Part shown: piece after piece, positions 9,201 through 18,720 of the stretch
How the letters are laid out: every line of letters starts with the position of its first letter
Position numbering within the stretch: position 1 is the first letter of the stretch
NCBI GenBank assembly: GCA_038747425.1
Contig: JBCDJV010000005.1
Span: forward strand, 7,137-71,136
Reading direction: 5' to 3'
DNA: 64,000 nucleotides
Source: Bacteroidota bacterium
Lineage (GTDB): Bacteria > Bacteroidota > Rhodothermia > Rhodothermales > JBCDJV01
Notes under the pieces: generated by a model
Told to the model about the DNA's origin: nothing
The model's input: only the letters and a program-made list of their open reading frames with translations
Databases searched by the model: none
Translations under genes and position numbers: made by a program

Positions 9201-12038
9201 ATGTCCCTGCTCCCCCTTCGCACCACTACTCTGCTGGCCGCGTTGCTCCTCGTCGTCGCCCCTGCCGCGCACGCCCAAGATGGAACGATCATCGGCCTCG
9301 TGTCCGACGCTGAAGAAGGCAACCCGCTCGTGGGCGCCACCGCCTACATCGCCGAGCTGGCACGCGGCGCCGCCACCGACCGCAACGGCCGCCTGGAGAT
9401 CTCCGGCGTACCCGCCGGCACCCACACCGTCGAGGTCCGGTTCATCGGCAGCGTAACGCAGCAGATGGACGTGACGGTCCAAGCTGGCCAAACCACGCAG
9501 TTTGAGGTGATCCTGGCGCCGGACGGCGTGATGCTGGACGGCGTCACCGTCTCGTCCTCGCCCATCACCGGCTCGCAGGCGGCCGCCCTCTCCCGCATGC
9601 GCGCCTCACCGACGGTGGTCAACGTGGTCGCCTCCGACCTTGTGGGCAAGTTTCCTGACCAGAATGCGGCCGCAGCCCTCTCGCGCGGGCCCGGCATCGC
9701 GGTGCAGCGCGACCAAGGCCAGGCCCGCTACATCAACCTCCGCGGGGCTCCGCAGCGCTGGACGACGCTCGCCTTCGACGACGTCAACGTGATTGGGTCC
9801 GAGGGGCGCATCGTCCGGTTCGACGAGATTCCAGCGCCCGTCATCCAGTCCATTGAGGTGGTCAAGGCCGTTACGCCGGACCTCCCGGCCGAGTCCGTGG
9901 CCGGCCGCATCAACGTGACCACAGCGTCGGCGTTTGACCGGCCGGGGTTCCACGTCTCGGCCGAGGCCGCACCCGGCGTCTTTGAGTTGGGCGGCGGGCT
10001 GCAATACAACGCCTTTGCGCGGGTCTCCAACACCTGGGGCAATCGGGTGGGTTTCACGGCCACGGCCACGCGCTACAGCCGCAACCAGGTCACGGACAAC
10101 ATCGAGAGCGACTATGAGCCGAGCGCCAGCGGCGCGCTCTTCCCCACCAACGCAGACTTCCGCGTCTACTATCTGGAGCGCACCAACAACGCCTATAGCG
10201 GCCGGTTTGATTTCCGCCCCACCGACAACCACCAGCTCTTCGTGACCTCCACGTTCGTCGAGTTCAACGACGACGAGGAGCGCAACCAGTACATCTTCGA
10301 CTTCGACGGCGCCGCCGCCGGGTTCATGGCCGACGGCAACACGCCGGAGCGCGGCGACCTCACAGCGGTCCCGATGCAGCAGCTCCTGGGCCCCGGCGCC
10401 TACCGGAACAGCACCTGGACCACCATCGCCGGCGGATCCAGCCGGCTTGGCAACTGGACAGCCGACTACCGCGCCAGCTACACGCAGACCAATGCCGAGC
10501 TGGACCTCCCGCTGTTCTTTCTCGTCGAGGCCTCACCGGGCATCAGCCTGGGCTACGACTTCACCAACGTGGACCAGCCGAGCATCGGCCTCACCGACCT
10601 CGAGGGCAACGCGCTCAGCGGCATCTCGCAAGATAGCCCCGAGTCCGCCCTCGCTTTCCTCATCGACAGCGACGAAGAGGCCGATGCCTACTCCGGCCAG
10701 CTCGATCTGAGCCGCGGGTGGACTCTCCTCGGGACGCCCTCGACGCTCAAGGTGGGCGGCAAGGTGGACCTCCGCGACAAGACGGGCTACCAGTTTGCCA
10801 CCAACCTCGTCCCGGTGGGTCCGCTGCTCGACGCCATCGGCGCCGACCCCATCAACTTCGGCGCGTTCGTGATGGACGACGAACTGGCGGGCGACTTCCC
10901 GTTCGGCAGCCAGTACGACGTCCGCCGCGTGGACGTGAACGCCCTCGGTGACGAGCTGCGGCGGCGCGTGGACCAGCTCCAGGAGGCCGACCTCTACGAC
11001 CCGTCCACGGCCGTCCCGGACGAGAGCCGGTTCGACGTGCGCGAGGCCATCGTGGCCGGCTATGCCATGAACACGTGGCAGACCCGCTGGGGCAGCGTGC
11101 TGGCGGGCGCCCGTGTGGAGCGCGTCCGCTACGAGACGGCCGGCTTCCGCGTCACGGAGGATGGCACCGAACCCGCCGAGGCAGACACCGACGAGTTCGG
11201 CGTCTTCCCGAGCGTTCACGTGGCCATCGACCTCCGCGACGACCTCAAGCTGCGCCTGGCCGGCACCAGCACCGTCAGCCGCGCCGACTTCAACGCGCGC
11301 CGCCCAGGCGCCGGCATCGACGACACAAACGGGTTCATCTCGGGCGGCAACCCCGAGGTGCGTTCGGAGCGCTCCTGGGGCCTGGACGCCCGGCTGGAGT
11401 ACTACCTCCCGCGCACGGGCATCGTGTCCGTGGCCGGCTTCGGCAAGTTCGTGGACGATCCCCTCTTCACCACGACCGGCTTGGTGGGCGATGGCCGCTT
11501 CGACGGCGGCGGCATCGACCGAAGCGGGTACCTGTTCAACGCCCCCGGCAACGGTGCCGATGGCCGCGTCTACGGCATCGAGCTCGACTACTTCCAGCAG
11601 TGGCACTTCCTGCCGGGGCCGCTGGCGGGGCTCGGCCTCCAACTCAACGGGACGCTCCTGACGAGCGAGTTCAGCACCTCGCCCACGCCCGACGGTACCG
11701 TGCGCGAGGTGGCCTTCCCGGGCACGTCGGACGCCGTCTTCAACGGCTCCCTCTTCTTCGAGCGCTACGGGTTTTCGGCCCGACTGAGCTATCAGTGGCG
11801 CGATGCCTGGCTGGACTCCATTGACCCGGCCGACGACCAGTTCGACACGTATTGGGATAGCGAGGAGCGGCTCGACGTCTCCGTCCGCTACGCCCTGACG
11901 CCGGAGTTCACCCTGTTCGCCGACGCCAACAACCTGACCGACGAGCTCGGCCGCCGCTACCAGTCGGTGGCCAGCCGCCCCGTCGAGATCGAAGGCTTTG
12001 GACGCCGCTATCTCTTGGGCCTCCGCGTCGACTTTTAG
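9201..12038 (+). CDS. TonB-dependent receptor
   Basis: Signal peptide, carboxypeptidase-regulatory-like N-domain, plug (GKFPDQNAAAALSR, IEVVKAVTPD), C-terminal NNLTDE..GRRYLLGLRVDF. Confidence 0.92.
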   Translation: MSLLPLRTTTLLAALLLVVAPAAHAQDGTIIGLVSDAEEGNPLVGATAYIAELARGAATDRNGRLEISGVPAGTHTVEVRFIGSVTQQMDVTVQAGQTTQFEVILAPDGVMLDGVTVSSSPITGSQAAALSRMRASPTVVNVVASDLVGKFPDQNAAAALSRGPGIAVQRDQGQARYINLRGAPQRWTTLAFDDVNVIGSEGRIVRFDEIPAPVIQSIEVVKAVTPDLPAESVAGRINVTTASAFDRPGFHVSAEAAPGVFELGGGLQYNAFARVSNTWGNRVGFTATATRYSRNQVTDNIESDYEPSASGALFPTNADFRVYYLERTNNAYSGRFDFRPTDNHQLFVTSTFVEFNDDEERNQYIFDFDGAAAGFMADGNTPERGDLTAVPMQQLLGPGAYRNSTWTTIAGGSSRLGNWTADYRASYTQTNAELDLPLFFLVEASPGISLGYDFTNVDQPSIGLTDLEGNALSGISQDSPESALAFLIDSDEEADAYSGQLDLSRGWTLLGTPSTLKVGGKVDLRDKTGYQFATNLVPVGPLLDAIGADPINFGAFVMDDELAGDFPFGSQYDVRRVDVNALGDELRRRVDQLQEADLYDPSTAVPDESRFDVREAIVAGYAMNTWQTRWGSVLAGARVERVRYETAGFRVTEDGTEPAEADTDEFGVFPSVHVAIDLRDDLKLRLAGTSTVSRADFNARRPGAGIDDTNGFISGGNPEVRSERSWGLDARLEYYLPRTGIVSVAGFGKFVDDPLFTTTGLVGDGRFDGGGIDRSGYLFNAPGNGADGRVYGIELDYFQQWHFLPGPLAGLGLQLNGTLLTSEFSTSPTPDGTVREVAFPGTSDAVFNGSLFFERYGFSARLSYQWRDAWLDSIDPADDQFDTYWDSEERLDVSVRYALTPEFTLFADANNLTDELGRRYQSVASRPVEIEGFGRRYLLGLRVDF

Positions 12039-12049
12039 GTACCGGTTCG

Positions 12050-13166
12050 ATGCCTGTGATGACACCACGCCTCCTCTGCTTCGCCGTCCTCGCGGTGCTC
12101 ACCGGGTGCCAATCGGGTGATCGCTCGACTGCACCGCCCGTCTCGACCCTGGCGATTGACAGCGCGTACGTCGAACGCGGGGACGACGGGGTGCTCGTAC
12201 TCCAGTGGTCGGGCGCCGCGGACGCGGTGGACATCTACGCCGCCGCTACCCCCGAGGCTGCGGCCAGCAGCCAGCTCGTGGTCCAGGGCGCCAGCGGGGT
12301 CGTCCGGCTGCCGGCCTACAGTGACTCCTCGGCACGGCCCTTCTTCCGCATCGTACCGGCGGAGGCAGACGAGGCAGCCGGGCTGGTGGTGGTGGAGCGG
12401 CACCTTCCGCTGGCGGGCGCCTCCAACTTCCGCGACCTCGGCGGCTACCAGTCCGCCGATGGTCGCCGGATCCGCTGGGGCCAGGTCTACCGGACGGGCT
12501 CGCTGGCCGACCTCACGCGCACTGACCTGGCCCTCTTCTCCGACCTCGGGATTCGGATGGTGTGCGATCTTCGGCGGCCCCACGAAGTGGAGAGCATGCC
12601 GGACCGCTTGCCGGCCCTCGCCCCCCCCCCGGACCATGAACGTGGACATCTCCGGGGCTGCTGATCAGGAGGAAGATGAGGACGAGGTCCTGCGTCAGCT
12701 CCGCGCGGGCGAGGTGACAGTCGAGGAGCGGAAGGTAGACGACTACCGCGCCAAGGTCCTGCAGGCCGCGCCGCTGTACGCCCAGATGTTCGAGCAGCTG
12801 CTGGACCCAGAGAACCGGCCCTTCCTCTTTCACTGCCAGGGCGGCAAAGACCGGGCGGGGATCGGCGCGGCGCTCGTCTTGCTGGCCCTGGACGTCCCGC
12901 GCGAGACCATCGTCCAGGACTACCTGCTGACCGACCGCTACCTGGCGCCGCTCAGCGAAGAGGCCATCGTCCACTACGCTGAGCACTACGATATGTCCGT
13001 GGAGCTGATGCGGCAGCTTGCAGACCAGCGCTCCGTCCGCGAAGCCATCGAGGCCATCTTCGACGCTATGGAGGACGAATACGGCTCCACCGACGCCTAC
13101 CTCCGCGACGCCCTGGGCCTCTCCGACGCCGACCGCACCCGTCTCCAAGACGCTCTACTTATCTAA
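12050..13166 (+). pseudogene. Lipoprotein tyrosine-protein phosphatase (Y_phosphatase3/IphP family), frameshifted at a C10 tract
   Basis: LTG-C lipobox and NFRDLGGY in frame 12050; catalytic HCQGGKDRAG in frame 12117; removing one C from 12621-12630 joins them. Confidence 0.8.
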
Positions 13167-13193
13167 CCTCTCCCCATCTCCTTCCCCCTGCCG

Positions 13194-14282
13194 ATGCGCG
13201 CGCTTTGCTTCCTGTTCCTCCTGGCCGCCCTCCTCGCCCCAACTGCCCTCGCGCAGTCCGGCCTCACCGACGCGGCCGCCGAACGCACCGACGACGGTCG
13301 CATCGTGCTGACCTGGTCGGCCGCCGCCCCCGTGACGGTCTACCGCTCCGCCGACCCCGACGCCGACCTGAGCGCGATGGAACAACTAGCCGAGGGCGTG
13401 ACCGGCGGTCGGTTCGAAGCCGCTGTGCCCGAGGGCCTCTGGCGGCCGTACTTCGCCCTCCGCACGGAGGACGGCGCCGTGGTCCGTGTGGCCGAGCGCG
13501 TGCTGCCGCTGGAGGGCGGACGCAACTTCCGCGACCTGGGCGGCTACGCCACGGCCGACGGCCGCCACACGCGGTGGGGCACAGCCTTCCGCTCCGGCGT
13601 GCTGGCTGGCCTCACCGAAGCCGACTACGCCCGCCTCAGCGACCTGGACATCGCCGTGGTGTGTGACCTGCGCTCGTCCGAGGAGCGCGCCAACGAGGCC
13701 ACGGTATGGCGCGGCGGCTCGGCCCCGCGAATGGTGGCCTGGGGCTACTCCGACGAGAACTCAGACGATGACGGCGGAATGGCCGAGCTGTTCAGCGGTG
13801 GCGTCACGCCCGAGGCCATGCGCAGCATCATGCTGGGACTCTACGCCGAGATCGCCTACGAACACGCCGACAAGTACGCGCTCATGTTTCGCCAGCTGGC
13901 CGCCGGCGACACGCCGCTCCTGTTCCACTGCACGGCCGGCAAGGACCGCGCAGGCACGGGCGCGGCCCTGCTCTTGACGGCCCTGGGCGTGCCCCGCGAG
14001 ACCGTGGTGGCCGACTACGCGCTCTCCGAGCAGGTGGTGGACTACGAAGCGGCGTTCGCCAGCGCATTCGAGGAGGCCGAAGCCGAAGGCGGCGCCATGG
14101 CGATGCTGGCCCAGATGCCCGTCGAGGTCCGCGCCCCGCTCCTGCGGTCGGACCCTGCCTACATCGAAGCTACGTTTGCTACCCTTGAGGAGCGCCATGG
14201 ATCGGTGGAAGGCTTCATCCGCGACGTCATGGGCATCTCGGACGAGACGCTGGACGCGCTCCGCGCCCAGCTGCTGGAGTAA
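13194..14282 (+). CDS. Secreted tyrosine-protein phosphatase (Y_phosphatase3/IphP family)
   Basis: Signal peptide, GGRNFRDLGGY, VCDLRS, HCTAGKDRAG P-loop, VVADYALS. Confidence 0.9.
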   Translation: MRALCFLFLLAALLAPTALAQSGLTDAAAERTDDGRIVLTWSAAAPVTVYRSADPDADLSAMEQLAEGVTGGRFEAAVPEGLWRPYFALRTEDGAVVRVAERVLPLEGGRNFRDLGGYATADGRHTRWGTAFRSGVLAGLTEADYARLSDLDIAVVCDLRSSEERANEATVWRGGSAPRMVAWGYSDENSDDDGGMAELFSGGVTPEAMRSIMLGLYAEIAYEHADKYALMFRQLAAGDTPLLFHCTAGKDRAGTGAALLLTALGVPRETVVADYALSEQVVDYEAAFASAFEEAEAEGGAMAMLAQMPVEVRAPLLRSDPAYIEATFATLEERHGSVEGFIRDVMGISDETLDALRAQLLE

Positions 14283-14430
14283 GCGTAGCAGGCGGCCAGG
14301 GCCTAGACGGCTGGTCCGAAGGAGGCCGTGTTCACCGCTGGCCTACGTCAACAGCTGAACTTCGCGGTATCAGCGGCGCGTCACGGCCTCGCCCTAGACG
14401 TTCACTGGACCGGCCTCTCGTGGCTGCCGC

Positions 14431-14891
14431 ATGGATTCATTTCGTCACTACCTGCGTCAGTTTCCTGGGTATAGAGAGGGAGCCTTCGAGCGCGCCGTCC
14501 CGCTCCTCGCGGAGGCGCGGTTGGCCCCGGGGCATACTTGCTGCGGAGGGGGCACACGTCAGACCGCAGCGCCTTTATCACGCAGGGCCTCTTCTGCCAG
14601 TACTACCTGACCGATGGCCGGGAGGTGACCACCTGCTTCTGCCGAGCGCACACGCTGACCTGCTCGTACCTGGGCCGGACCGCCCGGCGCTACGACCGGG
14701 CCCTGCGCGCCTGGGCTGCATCCCAGCCGGACGTGACGTACGTCGACCTCCAGACCGCCCCCGGCGATCCCCTCCACGGCCAGCCCATGGCCGACCTCAT
14801 GGCCACCGACGGCTTCCATCCCGGCCCCAAGGTGTACGCCGACTGGGGCCAGCGCGCGGCCCGCGCCCTCACATCCCGGCTGGCATCTTGA
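14431..14891 (+). pseudogene. Chimeric remnant: Crp/Fnr N-terminus fused to SGNH hydrolase C-terminus
   Basis: MDSFRHYLRQFP.., frameshift near 14530, LLRRGHTSDRSAFITQGLFCQYYLTDGREVTTCF (cNMP-binding-like), then MATDGFHPGPKVYADWG (SGNH DxxH block). Confidence 0.6.
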
Positions 14892-15013
14892 GGGCCGCGC
14901 CCTCTGATGCGTCACACATTAGGCCTCAGTTCGTGGCGAAGGCGTGCGTTCGAACCCGGTTCTCTCATCAGGCGTTCTATGGTCCGCTACCTGTCCACTC
15001 GGCTGAGCTTGAC

Positions 15014-15238
15014 ATGACCACGCCCGAATACCGCCGCGAAGTCCTCGACGAAGTGGACCGAATTCCCACTGAGTTTTTGCCCGCGTTTCTCACCATGATT
15101 CGCTCGTTCCGCGAAAGCGTCACGTTACCGAGCGCGCTGGAGAGCTTCGAGCAAGGCTGGCAGGAAGCCCTGGACGGTGAGACGCGCCCAGTCGCTGAGC
15201 TTTGGAATGACATCGGTGCAGTGTCCAGAGCCCGGTAG
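15014..15238 (+). CDS. Small protein, putative orphan antitoxin
   Basis: 74 aa; SFEQGWQEALDGETRPVAELW resembles C-termini of antitoxins paired with RelE/HigB-type toxins. Confidence 0.5.
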   Translation: MTTPEYRREVLDEVDRIPTEFLPAFLTMIRSFRESVTLPSALESFEQGWQEALDGETRPVAELWNDIGAVSRAR

Positions 15239-15369
15239 GCGCTCGGGAAGCCGTTCGCCCCTGGTCCCACAAGCGACAACCTGCAGAGGAGCCTATCCCT
15301 CCTTGCGCCTGGACTCGGCGACTTCGTTATTGTCGGTCTCGCTCGTTTGCCCCACCACCTCGCTTTGTG

Positions 15370-18300
15370 ATGCCTACCCCCCACCCCCGGCGCCTCCTTG
15401 GCGCTGTGCTGCTTGCCCTGTTCGCTTGCTCCCTCATCCCTAGCGCGCAGGCGCAGGAGGCCGAGAGCCGCCTGCTGCGCATGCCGACGGTCAGCGCCAC
15501 CCACGTCGTGTTCGCACACGGCGGCGATCTCTGGGCCGTGGGGCGCCAAGGCGGCACGGCGCGGCGGCTCACCAGCACACCAGCCGTGGAGAGCAACCCC
15601 CAGCTCTCGCCCGATGGCCGCCTCGTGGCCTTCACCTCCGATCGATCCGGGGCCCCGGCGGTCTACGTCGTCCCCATCGAGGGGGGCACGCCCACGCGCC
15701 TCACCTGGTACCCGGCCTCCACCCACACCGTGGGCTGGACGCCCGACGGCCAGCGGGTGCTCTATGCCACCCACCGGGGCAACGCGCCCTCGGGCTACGA
15801 CCGGCTCTGGACCGTCGACGCCAGCGGCGGCCCCTCCACGCTGTTGCCCGCCCCCTGGGCCCACCGGGGCAGCCTCTCGCCCGACGGCCAGCGCCTCATC
15901 GTAGATCGCATGACGCGGTGGGAGGATGAATTCCAGGACTACCGAGGCGGCCAGAACACGCCGCTCGTCCTGCTCGACCTCAACACGCTCGACGAAACCT
16001 GGCTGCCCAACGAGCGCACCACGGACACGCACCCCGTCTGGCTGGGCGATACCATCTACTTCCTCTCCGACCGCGACGGGCCCGTCAACGTCTACGCCTA
16101 CGACCCCGACGGCGGCGCCGTCCGCCAGGTCACCCGCTTCGCCGAACCGGACGTCAAGTGGCTCACCGCGGGGGACGGCGTGCTGGCCCTGGAGCGCGAT
16201 GGCTACCTCCACACCTTCGACCCGACCTCGGGCGCCGAGCCCGAGCGCCTCGCCATCACCGTCACCGGCGATTTCCCTTGGGCCGAGCCGCAGTGGGCCT
16301 ACGTGGGCGACCGCGTGTCCAGCGCCCGCCTCTCGCCCACCGGCCAGCGGGCCGTGATGGAAGCCCGCGGGGAGATCTTCACCGTGCCCGCCGACAAAGG
16401 CGACGCCCGCAACCTGACGCGCTCAGCCGGCGTGGCAGACCGCGCCCCCACGTGGTCCCCCGATGGCGCGCAGATCGCCTGGTTCTCCGACGAGGGCGGG
16501 GCCTATCGCCTACACCTGACCGACCAGGACGGGCTCAGCGGCGAGACCCGCCACATCGACATCGCCCCGTCGGTCATGGCGTGGGATCCCACGTGGTCGC
16601 CCGACGGGCGCTACCTGGCGTTCGTCGATGATGACCTGCGGATCCGGGTAGTGGACATTGAGCGCGGGACGGTCGAAACCGCTGACGTGGGCGGCATCAA
16701 CATTGAGCGCTCACGCATGGGCGTCACGTGGTCACCCGATTCCAAGTGGATCGCCTATGCCAAGACGGCGCCCAACATGTTCCGCGTGGTCACCGCCTGG
16801 CACGTGGAGGAGCAGACCCCGATGCCGCTTACCAACCCGCTCGCCGACGCCTACGCCCCGGCCTTCGACCGCGACGGCCGGCACCTCTACTTCCTCGCCT
16901 CCACCAACGTGGCCCTCGGCTCAGGCTGGGCCAACACGAGCGCCGTCAAGGCCCGCGCCACCCAAGCCGCCTACGTCACCATCCTCCGTGCCGACGACCC
17001 CGCGCCCTTCCCTCCGGAGAGCGACGAAGAGCCGGTCACCATGGACGAGGAGGAGCCCGCCATGGAAGAGGACGACGAGCCAGAAGAAGAGGCCGAGGAC
17101 GATGCAGGCGATGACGACGCGGTGCGCATCGACTTCGACCGGCTGGACCGGCGCACGCTCGCCCTGCCCATGCCCACCGGCCGCTACTTCAGCATGACGG
17201 CCGGGCCCGCGGGCAGCGTCTTCATCCAGGCACCGGGCCTGATCCACAAGTTCACGCTGGAAGGACGCGAGGCCGTGCCCTTCCTGCCGGGCGGCTTTCT
17301 CTTCGATGTCTCAAACGACGGCCAGAAGCTGCTGGCCCGCACCGGCCGCCAATGGCGCATCGTGGGCACTGGCGGCCCGCCCCAGGGCGACAGCGGCACG
17401 TTCTCGCCCGAGCTGCGGATGTGGCTAGACTACGGCGCCGAGTGGCAGCAGATGTTCGACGAGGCCTGGCGCTACGAGCGCGACTATTTCTACGACCCCG
17501 GCCTCCACGGGCGCGACTGGAACGTGGTCCTGGACCGCTACGCCCCGCTCATCCCCCACATCCGCCACCGCGCCGACCTCACCTACGTGCTCGACCAGAT
17601 GAACGGCGAGCTGTCCGTAGGCCACAGCTTCGTGTTCGGCGGCGACTTCCCGGCCGTCGACACCGTCCGCGTGGGCCTGCTCGGGGCCGACTTCGAGGCC
17701 CACGATGGCGGCTGGCAGATCGCCCGCATCTACACCGCCGAGAGTTGGAATCCCAACTTGGAAGCCCCGCTGGACCGCCCCGGGATGCGCGTCGAAGAAG
17801 GGATGTACCTCGTGGGGGTCGATGGCCGCCCGCTCACCGCCGCCGACGATCCCTACCGCCTGCTCGACGGCACCGCCGACCGGCAGACGGTGCTCCACCT
17901 CAACGACCGCCCCACGATGGAGGACGCCTGGACCGAGACCGTCGAGCCCATCCGCAGCGAAGCCGGCCTGCGCCGGCGCGCCTGGGTGGAGGACAACCGC
18001 CGCTACGTGGACGAGCGCTCGGGCGGCCGCCTGGCCTACGTCTGGGTGCCCAACACGGGCGGCCAGGGCATGGCCTCGTTCGACCGCTACTACTTCTCGC
18101 AGCAGGATAAGCCCGCCGCCGTGATCGATGAGCGGTACAACAGCGGGGGGCTCCTGGATGACTACATGGTCGACCTGATGACGCGCCGCCTCCGCGCCGC
18201 TATCACCAACGAGGTGCCGGGTGGGGCCGCCATGCGGCTCCCGGCGGGGATCCTCGGCCCGAAGGTGCTGCTCATCAACGAGCGGGCGGGCTCAGGCGGC

Positions 18301-18642
18301 GACTTCTTCCCGTGGGTCTTCCGCCAGCAGAACGCCGGGCCGCTGATCGGCATGCGCACCTGGGGCGGCCTCGTGAAGTCGTCCGTCCACTATGGCCTCA
18401 TCGACGGAGGCGCCCTCACCGCGCCAGACAACGCCATCTTCGACCCCGCCACAAACACGTGGATCGGCGAGAACGAAGGCATCGCACCCGACATCGAGGT
18501 GCGCCCCTCCGCCCGCGCCCACGCCGAGGGGCGCGATCTCCAACTGGACCGTGCCATCGAGGAGGCCCTGCGCCTGCTGGAGGCTGAGCCCACCCCCGAC
18601 GCCACACCGCCGCCCTTCTCCACGCCCGCCGTGGGGAATTAA
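15370..18642 (+). CDS. Tricorn protease homolog (peptidase S41), copy 1
   Basis: Signal peptide, PD40/WSPDG propellers, GELSVGHS, PDZ, LINERAGSGGD, GMRTWGG, GIAPDIEV. Confidence 0.93.
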   Translation: MPTPHPRRLLGAVLLALFACSLIPSAQAQEAESRLLRMPTVSATHVVFAHGGDLWAVGRQGGTARRLTSTPAVESNPQLSPDGRLVAFTSDRSGAPAVYVVPIEGGTPTRLTWYPASTHTVGWTPDGQRVLYATHRGNAPSGYDRLWTVDASGGPSTLLPAPWAHRGSLSPDGQRLIVDRMTRWEDEFQDYRGGQNTPLVLLDLNTLDETWLPNERTTDTHPVWLGDTIYFLSDRDGPVNVYAYDPDGGAVRQVTRFAEPDVKWLTAGDGVLALERDGYLHTFDPTSGAEPERLAITVTGDFPWAEPQWAYVGDRVSSARLSPTGQRAVMEARGEIFTVPADKGDARNLTRSAGVADRAPTWSPDGAQIAWFSDEGGAYRLHLTDQDGLSGETRHIDIAPSVMAWDPTWSPDGRYLAFVDDDLRIRVVDIERGTVETADVGGINIERSRMGVTWSPDSKWIAYAKTAPNMFRVVTAWHVEEQTPMPLTNPLADAYAPAFDRDGRHLYFLASTNVALGSGWANTSAVKARATQAAYVTILRADDPAPFPPESDEEPVTMDEEEPAMEEDDEPEEEAEDDAGDDDAVRIDFDRLDRRTLALPMPTGRYFSMTAGPAGSVFIQAPGLIHKFTLEGREAVPFLPGGFLFDVSNDGQKLLARTGRQWRIVGTGGPPQGDSGTFSPELRMWLDYGAEWQQMFDEAWRYERDYFYDPGLHGRDWNVVLDRYAPLIPHIRHRADLTYVLDQMNGELSVGHSFVFGGDFPAVDTVRVGLLGADFEAHDGGWQIARIYTAESWNPNLEAPLDRPGMRVEEGMYLVGVDGRPLTAADDPYRLLDGTADRQTVLHLNDRPTMEDAWTETVEPIRSEAGLRRRAWVEDNRRYVDERSGGRLAYVWVPNTGGQGMASFDRYYFSQQDKPAAVIDERYNSGGLLDDYMVDLMTRRLRAAITNEVPGGAAMRLPAGILGPKVLLINERAGSGGDFFPWVFRQQNAGPLIGMRTWGGLVKSSVHYGLIDGGALTAPDNAIFDPATNTWIGENEGIAPDIEVRPSARAHAEGRDLQLDRAIEEALRLLEAEPTPDATPPPFSTPAVGN

Positions 18643-18672
18643 TAGGAACGGCTTCTTCCGTTCTCGTCCCCC

Positions 18673-18700
18673 GTTGGGGCACGATATATCGTGCCCCATC
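18673..18700. repeat. REP-like palindrome, copy 1
   Basis: TGGGGCACGATATATCGTGCCCCA perfect palindrome; core identical to 38658-38685. Confidence 0.75.
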
Positions 18701-18720
18701 ATCTATCGCCTGCGCTTGCT

